From Squalus acanthias (lineage: Eukaryota): a DNA stretch of 64,000 bases. Positions within the stretch are counted from its first letter, which is position 1, and every line of letters starts with the position of its first letter. This document shows, one piece after another, positions 11,620 through 23,904 of this stretch. The translations under genes and the position numbers were made by a program. Under the pieces are notes generated by a model. That model was not told the origin of the DNA. It searched no databases and saw only the letters and a program-made list of their open reading frames with translations. The stretch is taken from positions 3,596,001 to 3,660,000 of the forward strand of contig CM059432.1 in the NCBI GenBank assembly GCA_030390025.1, written 5' to 3'.

Positions 11620-11898
11620 TGTAATGTATTATCACATGGTTTGTCACATGGTTTAGTATGAGCGTGCTCAGTTCGCTCTGGCCTAATAAAGCCATAATCA
11701 AATGACGTCATCAGACCCGCTTCCTTCAATTGGCCGGCAAGCGCGCTGGGCGGGGCATATCAAGCCCAATCAGGGGAAGATCATTTTGGACAGCAGGCTG
11801 GATCTGCCACCGACGTCGCCCGCCACGGACCCGCCGAGGTTGGTAAAATCCAGCCATCGTGTCTCTGCCCTTCATTTGTTCCACCCCCATACATTACA
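11620..11898 (+). repeat. Gypsy 3' LTR with a TIR-element end inserted (about 11697-11855)
   Basis: TGTAATG...ATTACA; insert ends GTAAAATCCAGCC and matches the right end of 56184-57020. Confidence 0.85.
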
Positions 11899-11974
11899 AC
11901 CAGATAATCTGTTTTTTCAGTGATGTTGATTGAGGAATAAATATTGGCCCCAGGACACCGGGTGAGTTCTCCGG

Positions 11975-12444
11975 TAGATTTACGAGAATGGTTCCAGGGA
12001 TGAGGGACTTCAGTTACGTGGATAGACTGGAGAAGCTGGGGTTGTTCTCCTTAGAGCAGAGAAGGCTGAGAGGAGATTTGATAGAGGTGTTCAAAATCAT
12101 GAGGGGTCTAGGCAGAGTAGATAGAGAGAAACTGTTCCCATTGGCAGAAGGGTCGAGAACCAGAGGACACGGATTTAAGGTGATTGGCAGAAGATCCAAA
12201 ATCGACATGAGGAAAAACTTTTTTTACTCAGCGAGTGGAATGCACTGCCTGAAAGGGTGGTGGAGGCAGACTCAATCGTGGCTTTCAAAAGGGAATTGGA
12301 TAAGTTCCTGAAGGAAAATAATTTGCAGGGCTACGGGGAAAGGGCGGGGGGAGTGGGACTGGCTGAAGTGCTCTTGCAGAGAGCCGGCACGGGCAAGACG
12401 GGCTGAATGGCCTCCTTCTGTGCTGTAACCATTCTATGATTCTA
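11975..12444 (+). mobile_element. CR1 3' fragment
   Basis: ORF 11988-12311 LEKLGLFSLEQRRLRGDLIEVFKIM. Confidence 0.85.
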
Positions 12445-13314
12445 TCTCCCCTGCTCTTCTTCAAAATAGCGGCATGGGATCTTTCCACCTGAGAGGGCAA
12501 ACGGGGCCTCGGTTTAATGTCTCACCCAAAAGACGGCACCTCTGACAGTGCAGCGCTCCCTCAGTACTGCACTGGGAGTGTCAGCCTAGCTTCTTGTGCT
12601 GAAGTCTCTGGAGTGGGACTAAGGAGTGATACCAGGGGACTCGAGGGATATGGAGATCGGGCGGGAAGGTGGAGTTGAGGTAGAAGATCAGACATGATCT
12701 TATTGAATGGCGGAGCAGGCTCGAGGGGCCGAATGGCCGACTCTTGCTCCTAATTCTTAAGTTCTCATGTTCTTATGACCCCACAACCTTCTGACTCAGA
12801 GGCATGAGTGCTACTCACTGAGCCACAGCTGACAGATGGCTGGAGCAGTTGAAGTTATGTCAGCTGTGAAATTTTAAATTCTGAGATCGACAGATTTTTA
12901 TCAGTTAAGGGATATGGATCACAAAAAAGGCCTGAATGCTTTCAGTCTTTCTTCAGAACCAACACTCTCCCCATTCCTTGTATTATTCTAAGTGGATCGT
13001 TGCTGTAATCTTTCATGGTTCTATTAACCTTCATATAATGGGGTTCCCAGAACTGCAGACAATTCTCCAATTATAGACTGACCACGGTCTTGCACAATAT
13101 CATTTCCTCACTTTGGTACATAATAGCCAGAATCCCCTTTGCCTTATTAGGTGTCAGCCATGGTTCAGTGGGTAGCACTTCTCGCCTCTGAGTCAGAAGG
13201 TTGTGGGGTCAAAGTACCTCTCCAGGGACTTGAGCACAAAAATCTAGGCTGACACTTCAGTGAGGGAGCGCTGCACTGTCTAGTGGTGCCGTCTTTCAGA
13301 TGAGACGTCTGCCC

Positions 13315-13678
13315 TCCCTAACTCTATACAGCACCTTTAACGTAGTTAAAACATTCCAAGGTGCTTCACAGGAGTGTTATTTAATAAAATTTGACACCAA
13401 GCCACAGAGAGAGATATTAGGACAGTTGGTCAAAGAGGTAGGTTTTAAGGAGCGCCTTAAAGAAGGAGAGAGAGGCAAAGCGGTTTAGGGAGGGAATTCC
13501 GGAGCTTAGGGCCCAGGCAGCTGAAGACACGGCCGCCAATGGTGGAGCGATTAAAATCGGGGATGCGCAAGAGACCAGAATTGGAGGAGCGCAGAGATCT
13601 CGGAGGTTGCAGGGCTGAACGAGGTTACGCAGATAGGGAGGGGCGAGGCCCTGGAGGGATTTGAAAACAAAGATGAGA
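13315..13678 (-). mobile_element. L2 3' fragment
   Basis: Same sequence family as 4012-4346 and 24697-25415. Confidence 0.8.
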
Positions 13679-13679
13679 A

Positions 13680-14113
13680 AGAAAAGAAAGACTTGCATTT
13701 CTATAGCACCTTTCACGACCACCGGACGTCCCAAAGTGCTTTACAGCCAATGAAGTACTTTTTGAAGTGTAGTCACTGCTGTAATGTAGGAAATGCGGCA
13801 GCCAATTTGCGCACAGCAAGCTCCCACAAACAGCGATGTGATAATGACCAGATAATCTGTTTTAGTGATGTTGATTGAGGGATAAATATTGGCCCCAGGT
13901 CACCGGGGAGAACTCCCCTGCTCTTCTTCGAAATAGTGCCATGGGATCTTTTACGTCCACCTGAGAGAGCAGACGGGACCTCGGTTTAACATCTCATCCG
14001 AAAGACGGCACCTCCGACAGTGCAGCACTCCCTCAGTACCGCACTGGGAGTGTCAGCCTAGATTTTTGTGCTCAAGTCTCTGGAGTGGGACTTGAACCCA
14101 CAACCTTCTGACT
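13680..14113 (-). mobile_element. Deu-domain SINE, near full length
   Basis: Reverse complement of the family sequence including B-box GGTTCAAGTCC. Confidence 0.88.
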
Positions 14114-14575
14114 TTGCCGGACCGGGAGCCAATGTAGGTCAGTGAGCACAGGGGGTGATGGGTGAAGAGGAATTAATGCGAGTTGGGATACGGGGCGGCA
14201 GAGTTTTGGATGAACTCAAATTTAAGGAGGGTGGAAGATAGAAAGAACTTTCAGTTTCTGAAATATAATGACTGGGCACATATTGAGAAGAAGAGAATTG
14301 TTGTGCTGAGCCTTGGATATAACGGTTTAAATTCTGCACGTCATAAATCAAACTTTCTCAACAGGAGAAACGATTTCTGTCATGGTGAGTTGCAAATAAG
14401 AAGATTAACTATATTGTAATTGACTCCTCCTATTTCATTAACTGCAGGCTACTAATAGTTCTTGCAGGCATAAGCCTGGTCTGTCTTTTCCAAATAAAAC
14501 CCTTAAGGAGACATTGGGTTGTCCCAGTGTCATCAAACAAAAGTGCCCTCTTTTTAGAGGCGCACAACTAATAAG

Positions 14576-15946
14576 GAACATAAGAACATAAGAATTAGGA
14601 GCAGGAGTAGACCATTCGGCCCCTCGAGCCTGCTCCGCCATTCAATAAGATCTTGGCTGATCATCGACCTCAACTCCACTTTCCCGCCCGATCCCCATAC
14701 CCCTTGATTCCCCTAGAGTCCGTGGGGGAAAAATTCAGTTGGTTGCGCCTCCCGTTAGCGCCTTAAGAGGGCGCTAATGGGGCGTAAAGCATCTAGTGCC
14801 CGGGCGCGGCGAAGTTTGCGCCGCTCGCGAAATTAACTAGACATTTTGCGGCGGCGCTAAACACTACCGCCACGATCTCCTGTGCCGGCAGATCGTGACG
14901 TCAGTCGAGTGCGCAACTCCCCGGTATCGCCCCGGAGCGGATATTGAGTGGCGCCCCCTGCCTTACCGCCTGACGCTAGCAACGACAGGTTGAGGGGAGC
15001 GTTCTGCAGTCATGAAGGGAAAGGGGGAACGCTATTTAAAGGCGAGAGCTTCCTGCCTTTTATTGTTGGTGCCATTTTTGGAACTACGCATTCTCAGAGA
15101 GAGAGGGAGAGACTTCTGGAGAGATTCAACGCTGTGTGAAGGAGTTTTGGGTACTGAGCAGCACTTTGCAGGTTCATTTTGATTTGCCATTCCTTGTATC
15201 GATTTAGAAGAGACTGTGGGGGCTGCACTCTGAGCTCTTTGCCTGGTACTCTCCATTGTTCGTTCCAGCAGATTTGATGTGCAGGTCTCTCCAGGCCAAG
15301 ATTCAAGGCTGCAATGAGCAGGATGTGGATGGAAAGCAAGATTAACCATCCCCTTTAAGAACTGGCCCGTGCCATTGTGTGTGTGTTCCATTGCTGACTG
15401 ACATTACATGAGCTTTGCCAGCGCTCTGAGGTAGCGCCTCGCTCCTCGGCCTTTGCGCCTTAAGACAGGTGTGAAGCGCCTGATTTAGCGCTCCAATCAC
15501 CTCCAGGGGCGATAAAAGTCAAGTTTGCAGTCGGTGGCGATAATTAGCGCCAGGCGCTAATCTTTGCGCCCGGCCGATAATTGCGCCCCAAATGGGGCGA
15601 TACTGAATTTCTCCCCCCAAAAATCTATTGATCTCAGCCTTGAATATGCTCAACGACTGAGCATCCACAGCCCTTTGGGTAGAGAATTCCAAAGATTCAC
15701 AACCCTCTGAGTAAAGAAATTCCTCCTCATCTCAGTCTTAAATGGCCGACCCCTTATCCTGAGACTATGACCCCTGGTTCTAGACGCTCCAGCCAGGGGG
15801 AAACAGCCTCTCAGCATCTACCCTGTCAATCCCCTTCAGAATCCTATATGTTTCAATGAGATCACTTCTCATTCTTCTAAACTCCAGAGAGTATAGGCCC
15901 AATCTACTCAACCTCTCCTCCTAGGACAACCCTCTCACCCCAGGAA
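14576..15946 (-). mobile_element. CR1 3' fragment interrupted by H1 copy 2
   Basis: CCCCTAGAGTC|CAAAAATCTAT rejoins to the sequence seen intact at 4497-4518. Confidence 0.85.
14724..15617 (-). mobile_element. PIF/Harbinger-type TIR element, family H1 copy 2 (inverted)
   Basis: Full-length reverse-complement match to 2332-3224; TIR with one mismatch; flanks CGT/CAA. Confidence 0.85.
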
Positions 15947-16249
15947 CTAAACCATAAAGCAAAGGAAACTCATAAAATGAAATAATAATATTACACTGGT
16001 GTCCACTATGTTCTCCAGTCCCATATGTTGCCCATCAGTCACATAAGGCCTCAAGAGCACTGGTGGACATTACAGTCAAGATATTAATCCCTTTATCCCC
16101 CTTGTGTATGGCAAGATGAGTCTTAATTGGAAACTGCGGACCATTCAGAAGAGATGGGCCTGCAAACATACTTTACCTGCACAGTCATTGAGCTTTCCAA
16201 TAAAGGATGCACCATTTCAAATCAAACAGAATAAAAGATAATAAAAGTG

Positions 16250-17150
16250 ATCATAGAATCATAGAATGGTACAGCACAGAAGGAGACCATTCGGCCCATT
16301 GTGCCTGTGCCGGCTCTTTGAAAGAGCTCTCCAATTAGTCCCACTCTCACTGCTCTTTCCCCATAGTTCGGCAAATTTTTTCGTTTCAAGTATTTATCGA
16401 ATTCCCCTTTTGAAAGTTACTATTGAATCTGCTTCCACCGCCCTTTCAGGCAGCGCATTCCAGATCATAACAACTCACTGAGTAAAGAAATGTCTCCTCA
16501 TCTCCCCTCTGGTTCTTTTGCCAATCACCTTAAACCTGTGTCCTCTGGTTACCGACCCTTCTGCCACTGGAAACAGTTTCTCCCTATCTGCTCTATCAAA
16601 ACCCTTCATAATTTTGAACACCTCTATCAAATCTCCCCTTAACCTTCTCTGCTCTAAGGAGAACAATCCCAGCTCCTCCACATAACTAAAGTCCCTCATC
16701 CCTGGTACCATTCTAGTAAATCTCCTCTGCACCCTCTCCAAGGCCTTGACATCCTTCCCTACATTACAACAGTGACTCCACTTCAAAAGTACTTCATTGG
16801 CCGTGAAGCGCTTTGAGACGTCCGGTGGTCGTGAAAGGCGCTGTAGAAATGCAAGTCTGTCTTTCTTCTTTCTTTCTTTCTAAAGTGTGGTGCCCAGAAT
16901 TGAACACAATGCTCCAGCTGAGGCCTAACCAGTGTTTTAGAAAGGTTTGGCAATAACTTTATTGCTTTTGTACTCTATTCCTCTATTGATAAAGCCAAGG
17001 ATCCCGAATGCTTTTTTAACCGCCCTTCTCAACTGGTCCTGCCAACTTCAAAGGTTTGTGTACATACACCCCGGGTCACTCTGTTCCTGCACCCCCTTTA
17101 ACATTGTACCATTTAGTTCATATTGCCTCTCCTCATTCTTCCTGCCAAAA
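16250..17150 (-). mobile_element. CR1 3' fragment with an inserted SINE tail (about 16755-16880)
   Basis: ORF 16475-16786 KDVKALERVQRRFTRMVPG. Confidence 0.8.
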
Positions 17151-17616
17151 TGAAGATCTATTTTCATCCAGTTTGATTTATTCCTGTCCACCTATTTATG
17201 CAGAAAATCATTTTTCTGTTAGGAGCATGCTGGGAGTTCTCAGAGCACAGCGGCTTATAAAAAGGATTGTTTTGGAATCATGGAAATTGCAGCACAGATT
17301 AAATCTATTCGACCCATTGTGCCTGTGATGGTGCCAGCTTCATATCAGAGTGATTTACTCTAATCCCATCTTCCTGCTCTTTCCTTGTACCCTTCAATTT
17401 ATTTCTCCAAGTGCTTATCTAATTCTCTCTTAGATGTTGCGATCGACTCAGCTTCAATCGCGTGGTAACACGCTGTATATTCCAACAACACTTTCAGTGG
17501 GAAAAAAAATATTCTTTGGTTGTTTTTTTTTTGTTGCGGTGCATCTGATGAAGATTCGAATTTTCGAAGATTGTAATTAACAAGATCCTTTCGTTTAACA
17601 ACAACAACTTGTATTT

Positions 17617-19030
17617 AAGAAAGGAGGGGGAGAGAAAATGGGGAACTGCAGACCAGTTAGCCTGGCATCAGTAGTAGGGAAAAATGCTAGAATCTATTAT
17701 TAAGGACGTGGTAACAGGGCACTTAGAAAATAATAATAGGATTGGGCAGAGTCAGCACGGATTTATGAAAGGGAAATCGTGTTTGACGAATCTGTTAGAG
17801 TTTTTTGAGGTTGTAAGTAGCAGAATAGATAAGGGGGAACCAGTGGATGTGGTGTATTTGGATTTTCAGAAAGCCTTCGATAAGGTGCCACACAAGAGGT
17901 TATTAAACAAAATTAGGGCTCATGGGATTGGGGTAATATACTAGCATGGATTGAGGATTGGTTAACGGACAGAAAACAGAGAGTAGGAATAAACGGGTCA
18001 TTTCGGGTTGGCAGGCTGTAACTAGTGGGGTACCGCAAGGATCAGTGCTTGGGCCTCAGCTATTCACAATCTATATCAATGATTTGGTTGAGGGGACCAA
18101 ATGAAATATATCCAAATTTGCTGATGATACAAAGCTAGGTGGGAATGTAAGTTGTGAGGAGGATGCAAAGAGGCTTCAAGGGGATATAGACAGGCTAAGT
18201 GAGTGGGCAAGAACATGGCAAATGAATATAATGTGGAGAAATGTGAAGTTATCCACTTTGGTAGGAAAAATAGAAAAGCAGAGTATTTTTTAAATGGTGA
18301 GAGATTGGGAAATGTTGATGTTCAGAGGGACCTGGGTGTCCTTGTACACGAATCACTGAAAGTTAACATGCAGGTACAGCAAGCAATTAGGAAAGCAAAT
18401 GGTATGTTGGCCTTTATTACAAGAGGATTTGAGTATAAGAGTAAAGACATCTTACTGCAATTATATAGGGCCCTGGTGAGACCACACCTGGAGTATTGTG
18501 TACAGTTTTGGTCTCCTTACCTAAGGAAGGATATACTTGCCATAGAGGGAGTGCAACGAAGGTTCACCAGACTGGTTCCTGGGATGGGGGGATTGTCCTA
18601 TGAGGAGAGATTGAGTAGACTAGGCCTATATTCTCTAGAGTTTAGAAGAATGAGGTGATCTCATTGAAACATACAAAATTCTTACAGGGCTTGACCGGGT
18701 AGGTGCAGGGAGGATGTTTCCCCTGGCTGGGGAGTCTCGAACCAGGGGTCACAGTCACAGAATAAGGGGTCGGCCATTTAGGACTGAGATGAGGAGAAAT
18801 TTCTTCACTCAGAGGGTGGTGAATCTTTGGAATTCTCTACCCCAGAGGGCTGTGGAGGCTCAGTCGTTGAGTATATTCAAGACAGAGATCGATAGATTTT
18901 TGGATATTAAGGGAATCAAGGGATATGGGGATAGTGCAGGAAAGTGGAGTTGAATATCAGCCATGATCTTATTGAATGGCTTGAGGGGCCGAATGGCCTT
19001 CTCCTGCTCCTATTTCTTATGTTCTTATGT
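17617..19030 (+). mobile_element. CR1 LINE, RT domain to 3' end, frameshifted, inserted in an L2 tail
   Basis: QHGFMKGKSCLTNLLEFF, YLDFQKAFDKVPH, LVRPHLEYCVQFWSP; (TTCTTATG)n tail. Confidence 0.92.
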
Positions 19031-19659
19031 CTTTATATAGCGCCTTTATCGTAGTAAAACATCCCAGGGTGCATCACAGGAGCAATTATCAAATACATTT
19101 TGACACCAGGCCACTTAAGGAGCTATTAGGGCAGGTGACCAAAAGCTTGGTCAAAGAGGGAGGTTTTAAGGAGCGTCTTAAATGAGGAAAGAGAGGTAGA
19201 GAGGCGGAGAGGTTTAGGGAGGGAATTCCAGGGCTTGGGATCTCGGCAGCTGAAGGCACGGCCGGCAATGGTTGAGCGATTAAAATCAGGGATTCTCAAG
19301 AGTTAAAAAAAAATACAATCGGAAAGTGTATTTTGACAACGTCAGTCATGTGTCAATTGAGGCACTGCAATCGACCTCAGAGTCGTGGGACAGGGAGAGG
19401 CTAAAAGGGTTAACTTATTAGGACAGGTTGCACAGACTAGGCTGGTATTCCCTCGAGTATTGAAGATTAAGGGGTGATCTAATCGAGGTGTTTAAGATGA
19501 TTAAAGGATTTGATAGGGTCGATAGAGAGAAACTATTTCCTCTGAGCCAGGCCATTCAGGGGTGATGTCAGGAAGCACTTCTTCACACAAAGGGTGGTGG
19601 AAATCTGGAACTCTCTCCCCCCAAAAAGCTGTTAAGGCTGGGGGGGGGGGGTTCAATAT

Positions 19660-19798
19660 GCATCTCTTCACTTCACCTGACGAAGGAGCAGCGCTCCGAA
19701 AGCTTGTGATTTCAAATAAAGCTGTTGGACTATAACCTGGTGTTGTGCGACTTCTCACATTTGTCCACCCCAGTCCAACACCGGCATCTCCACATCAT
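19660..19798 (+). mobile_element. Putative PLE 3' terminal fragment, family P2
   Basis: Homologous to the right arm and tail of 51136-51587; no coding part seen, so PLE assignment rests on structure. Confidence 0.7.
19673..19709 (+). ncRNA. Minimal hammerhead ribozyme motif (P2)
   Basis: TCAC-CTGACGA-A-GGAGC/AGC/GCTCC-GAAA-GCT-T-GTGA. Confidence 0.78.
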
Positions 19799-19928
19799 AA
19801 TAAATAAGTACAGCAGCCGCCTGTGAATGCCATTCAGCTGTGATGGCCAAACATCTCCAAAACACAGTAGGAAACTGTCTTAAGGTCAGCAAACAAATCA
19901 ACTACCGATTCCATAGACACAAAAGGAG

Positions 19929-22618
19929 TAACAACAGAAAGTGCTGGAAACACTCAGCAGATCAGGCAGCGCGAGGAGAGAGAAACAGAGTCAACGTTTT
20001 GAGCCGGGGACCCTTCGTCAGAACTGGAAAAGGTTAGGGAGGAGAGATTTTTAAGCAGGGGCAGGGAGGAGGGGAAGGAAAGAACAAAGGGAAAGTCTAT
20101 GGTAGGATGGAAGGCAGGAGAGACTAAATGACAAAACATAGAAACATAGAAGATAGGAGCAGGAGTAGGCCATTCAGCCCCTCGAGCCTGCTCTGCCATT
20201 CGATGAGATCATGGCTGATCATCTAAACTCAGTACCCTGTACCTGCCTTCTCCCCATATCCCTCGATACCTTTAGCTTTAAGAAATATATCTAACTCATC
20301 CTTGAATATATTTAATGACTTCGCCTCAACTACCTTCTGTGGTAGAGAATTCCACAGGTTCACCACTCTCTGGGTGAAGAAATTCTTCCTCATTTCTGTC
20401 CTAAATGGTTTACCCGTTATCCGTAGATTATGACCCCTGGTTCTGGACTCTCCGACCATCGGGAACATTCTTCCTGCATCTAGTTTGTCCAGACCTGTCA
20501 GAATTTTATATTTTTCGATGAGATCCCCTCTCATTCTTCTGTACTCCAGTGAGTATAAGCCCAATCGACCCAATCTCTCCTCATATGTCATTCCTGCCAT
20601 CCCAGGTATCAGCCTTGTGAATCTTCGCTGAACTCCTTCCATGGCAAGAACATCCTTCCTCAGATAAGGCGACCAAAACTGCACACAGTACTCAAGCTGT
20701 GGTCTCACCAAGGCCCTGTACAACTGCAGCAGGACATCCCTGTTCCTATACTCAAACCCTTTCGCTATGAAGGCCAACATACCATTTGCCTTCTTCACCG
20801 CCTGCTGCACCTGCATGCTTACTTTCAGCGACTGGTGCACAAGGACACCCAGGTCTCGTTGCACTTCCCCTTCTCCCAATCTATTGCCATTCAGATAATA
20901 GTCTGCCTTTCTGTTTTTGACACCAAAGTGGATAACCTCGCACTTATCCACGTTATATTGCATCTGCCACGCTTCTGCCCACTCACCCAACCTGTCCAGA
21001 TCATCCTGGAGTTTCTCGCTATCCTCCTCGCTGCACACACTCCCACCCAGCTTTGTGTCATCTGCAAACTTGGAGATATTACATTTAATTCCCTTATCTA
21101 GATCATTAATGTATATTGTGAATAGCTGGGGTCCAAGGACCGATCCCTGCGGTACCCCACTAGTCACTGCTTGCCACTCGGAAAAAGACCCATTAATTCC
21201 TACTCTCTGCTTTCTGTCCGCCAACCAGTTCTCTATCCAAGTCAATACCTTGCCCCCAATCCCATGTGCCTTAACTTTACCCGCTAATCTCTTATGCGGG
21301 ACCTTATCGAAAGCCTTTTGACAGTCCAAATACACCACATCTACTGCTTCTCCCTTATCTATTTTCCCAGTTACATCCTCAAAAAATTCCAGTAGATTAG
21401 TCAAGCACGATTTACCTTTTGTAAATCCATGTTGACTTTGTCCGATCCTGTCACTGTTTTTCAAATGCTCAGCTATTACATCCTTTATAATAGACTCTAG
21501 CATTTTCCCCACTACCGATGTCAGGCTTACCGGTCTGTAATTCCCCGCTTTCTCTCTACCACCCTTTTTGAATAGTGGGGTAACATTAGCTACCCTCCAA
21601 TCCATGGGTACAGTTCCAGATTCCATCGAATGTTGGAAGATGATCAGCAATGCATCTACTATTTCTAGGGCCACTTCCTTAAGTACCCTAGGATGTAGAT
21701 TATCAGGCCCTGGGGATTTATCGGCCTTCAATACCGTCAATTTCCCTAACACCATTTCCCTGCAAATACTGATTTCTTTCAGTTCCTCCCTTTCATCAGA
21801 CCGTATGTTCTCCAACATCTCTGGGAGGTTATTTGTGTCCTCCTTTGTGAAGACAGAACCAAAATATGCATTATATGGGCTGCCATTTCTTTGTTCCCCA
21901 TTATAACTTCCCCCGCTTCTGACTGCAAGGGACCTACACTTGATTTCACTAATCTTTTTCTCTTCACATATCTATAAAAGCTCTTACAGTCAGTTTTTAT
22001 GTTCCCAGCAAGCTTACTTTCATATTCTATTTTCCCCTTCTTAATTAATCCCTTTGTCCTCCTTTGTTGAATCCTAAACTGCTCCCAATCCTCAGGGCTA
22101 CCGCTTTTTCTGGCCAATTTATATGCCCTCTCCTTGGATCTTATGCTATCCCTAATTTCCCTTGTTAGCCACGGTTGAGTCTCCCTTTTTGTTTTATTCT
22201 TATGCCACACTGGGATGTACAAATTCTGTAGTTCATCCATGCAGTCTTTGAATGTTTGCCATTGCCTATCCACCGTCAACCCCTTGAGTGACATTCCCCA
22301 ATCAATCCTACCCAATTCGCGCCTCATACCATCGTAGTTTCCTTTATTTAAATTCAGGACCCTAGTCTCTGATTCAACTACTTCACTCTCCATCCTAATG
22401 AAGAATTCTATCATATTATGATCACTCTGACCCAAGGGGCCTCGTACAACAAGATTGCTAATTAATCCTTTCTCGTTGCATAATACCCAGTCGAAGATGG
22501 CCTGATCTCTGGTTGGTTCCTCGACATATTGTTCCAGAAAACCATCTCGTAAACATTCTAGGAATTCCTCCTCCACAGTATGATGGTGCGAGGGAAAAGG
22601 AGAGGTAATGGGACAAGA
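19929..22618 (-). mobile_element. PLE P1 terminal fragment (about 19929-20133 and 22580-22618) split by a CR1
   Basis: Collinear with 8590-8836; hammerhead core mutated (GAAA to AAAA). Confidence 0.75.
20134..22580 (-). mobile_element. CR1 LINE, 5'-truncated, long ORF2 stretch with one frameshift near 21870
   Basis: ORFs 21779-22702 and 20229-21818 (529 aa): [52 protein letters not shown]. Confidence 0.95.
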
Positions 22619-23183
22619 AAAGAGTGTTTGGTTCGTAACCTCTTCTTCCGGCTCAGATGACATTTCCAAACCACTCCAAAGGTTCATGAATTTGTCGGAC
22701 ACTCTTAATTAGATTACAAACTCTTAACTTACTCCAGACAATTATTCGCTGGCCAGTCAGGATGCCTCAGACACGTGGCCAGTGTTTATTAAAATACTAT
22801 TGACAATGTTATGACATTCAGCAATGTGGGAAACCACTTTTGAAAAGATATATATTGAGCAGGAGGCCACATCAATGCAGTGAAAGCATTGTGTCAGTCA
22901 CATTGCAAAATTACCTCAGAATGCTCGAAATAATATCTCAATAAAGGCAATCAGTTTTTCTTTCTTTTGAACTTATTAGAAACCAATAAAATTACTATGG
23001 AAGGTTTAAATTATATAGAATTACTGTCACTAAAATTATGAATTAAATTGCTATTTATTCAGAAAGTAACAAAAATTATGTTTTTCTACCGAAAGGTGCA
23101 GAATTGTACAGTGCAAATATTTTAATGAAAACAGTGATTTGTTTAAACTTTGTGCAAACATTCATGGTTAAACGAAGTTACGA

Positions 23184-23575
23184 CAACAACTTGCATTTAT
23201 ACAGCGTCTTTAACCTGGTAAAAGGTCCCAAGGCGCTTCACAGGGAGCGATTATCAGACAACATTTGACACCGAGCCACATGAGATATTAGGACAGGTGA
23301 CCGAAAGCTTGGTCAAAGAGGTAGGTTTTAAGGAGCATCTTAAAGGAGGAAAGAGAGGTAGCGAGGTGGAGAGGTTTAGGGAGGGAATTCCAGAGCTTAG
23401 GGTCCAGGCAACTGAAGACACGGCCGCCAATGGTGGAGCGATGGAAATCGTGGGATGGTCAAGAGGCCAGAATTGGAGGAGCGCAGAGATCTTGAAGGAT
23501 GTAGGGCTGGAGGAGGTTATAGAGATAGGGAGGGGTGAGGGGATGGCCAATGGTGGGGTGATGAAAATCAGGGAT
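23184..23575 (-). mobile_element. L2 3' fragment
   Basis: (CAA)n tail and family sequence. Confidence 0.8.
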
Positions 23576-23904
23576 GCAGTAACAGTAATATCTGGAGTAA
23601 AATTGTGTCGTGCAGTATTAAATACATTTACTTAACACATACGTGCAAAATTCCTTTTCTCTTTTAATGGAAGCGTAAATGATCATTTAAAATAAGCAGT
23701 CGCATGGGAGGTTAAATGTCATTGTAAAATAGTTAATGCCTTTGCTAAAATAATAGATAAAAGAATTTCGTACAAACACCTGAGCACAGTTGTGATGTTT
23801 AAAGTCTTGCATTTCTACAGCACCTTTCACGGCCACCGGACGTCCCAAAGCGCTTTACAGCCAATGAAGTACTTTTGAAGTGTAGTCACTGTTGTAATGT
23901 AGAT

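Larger units (their letters stand above)
5951..11898 (+). mobile_element. Gypsy (Ty3) LTR retrotransposon, Mag/K02A2.6-like, decayed
   Basis: Paired LTRs, 5-bp TSD ACCAG (5946-5950, 11899-11903), PBS, domain order gag-PR-RT-RH-IN. Confidence 0.93.
5785..12833 (-). mobile_element. Deu-domain SINE split into pieces (about 5785-5950, 11904-11972, 12445-12620, 12778-12833) by the Gypsy element and two CR1 insertions
   Basis: SINE sequence is collinear across each insertion, e.g. GTGATAATGACCAG|ATAATCTGTTTT. Confidence 0.8.

Noticed and set aside
2332..15617. Composite transposon or inversion bounded by the two H1 copies
   Set aside because: Copy 1 keeps its own ATT/ATT TSD, copy 2 sits in a collinear CR1, and the outer flanks (ATT, CAA) do not match.
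19989..20025. Functional hammerhead in this P1 copy
   Set aside because: Conserved GAAA reads AAAA and stem II is weakened; likely inactive.
21779..22702. Novel N-terminus on the 307-aa ORF
   Set aside because: The first ~40 aa are read-through from flanking DNA and PLE sequence into a 5'-truncated CR1.
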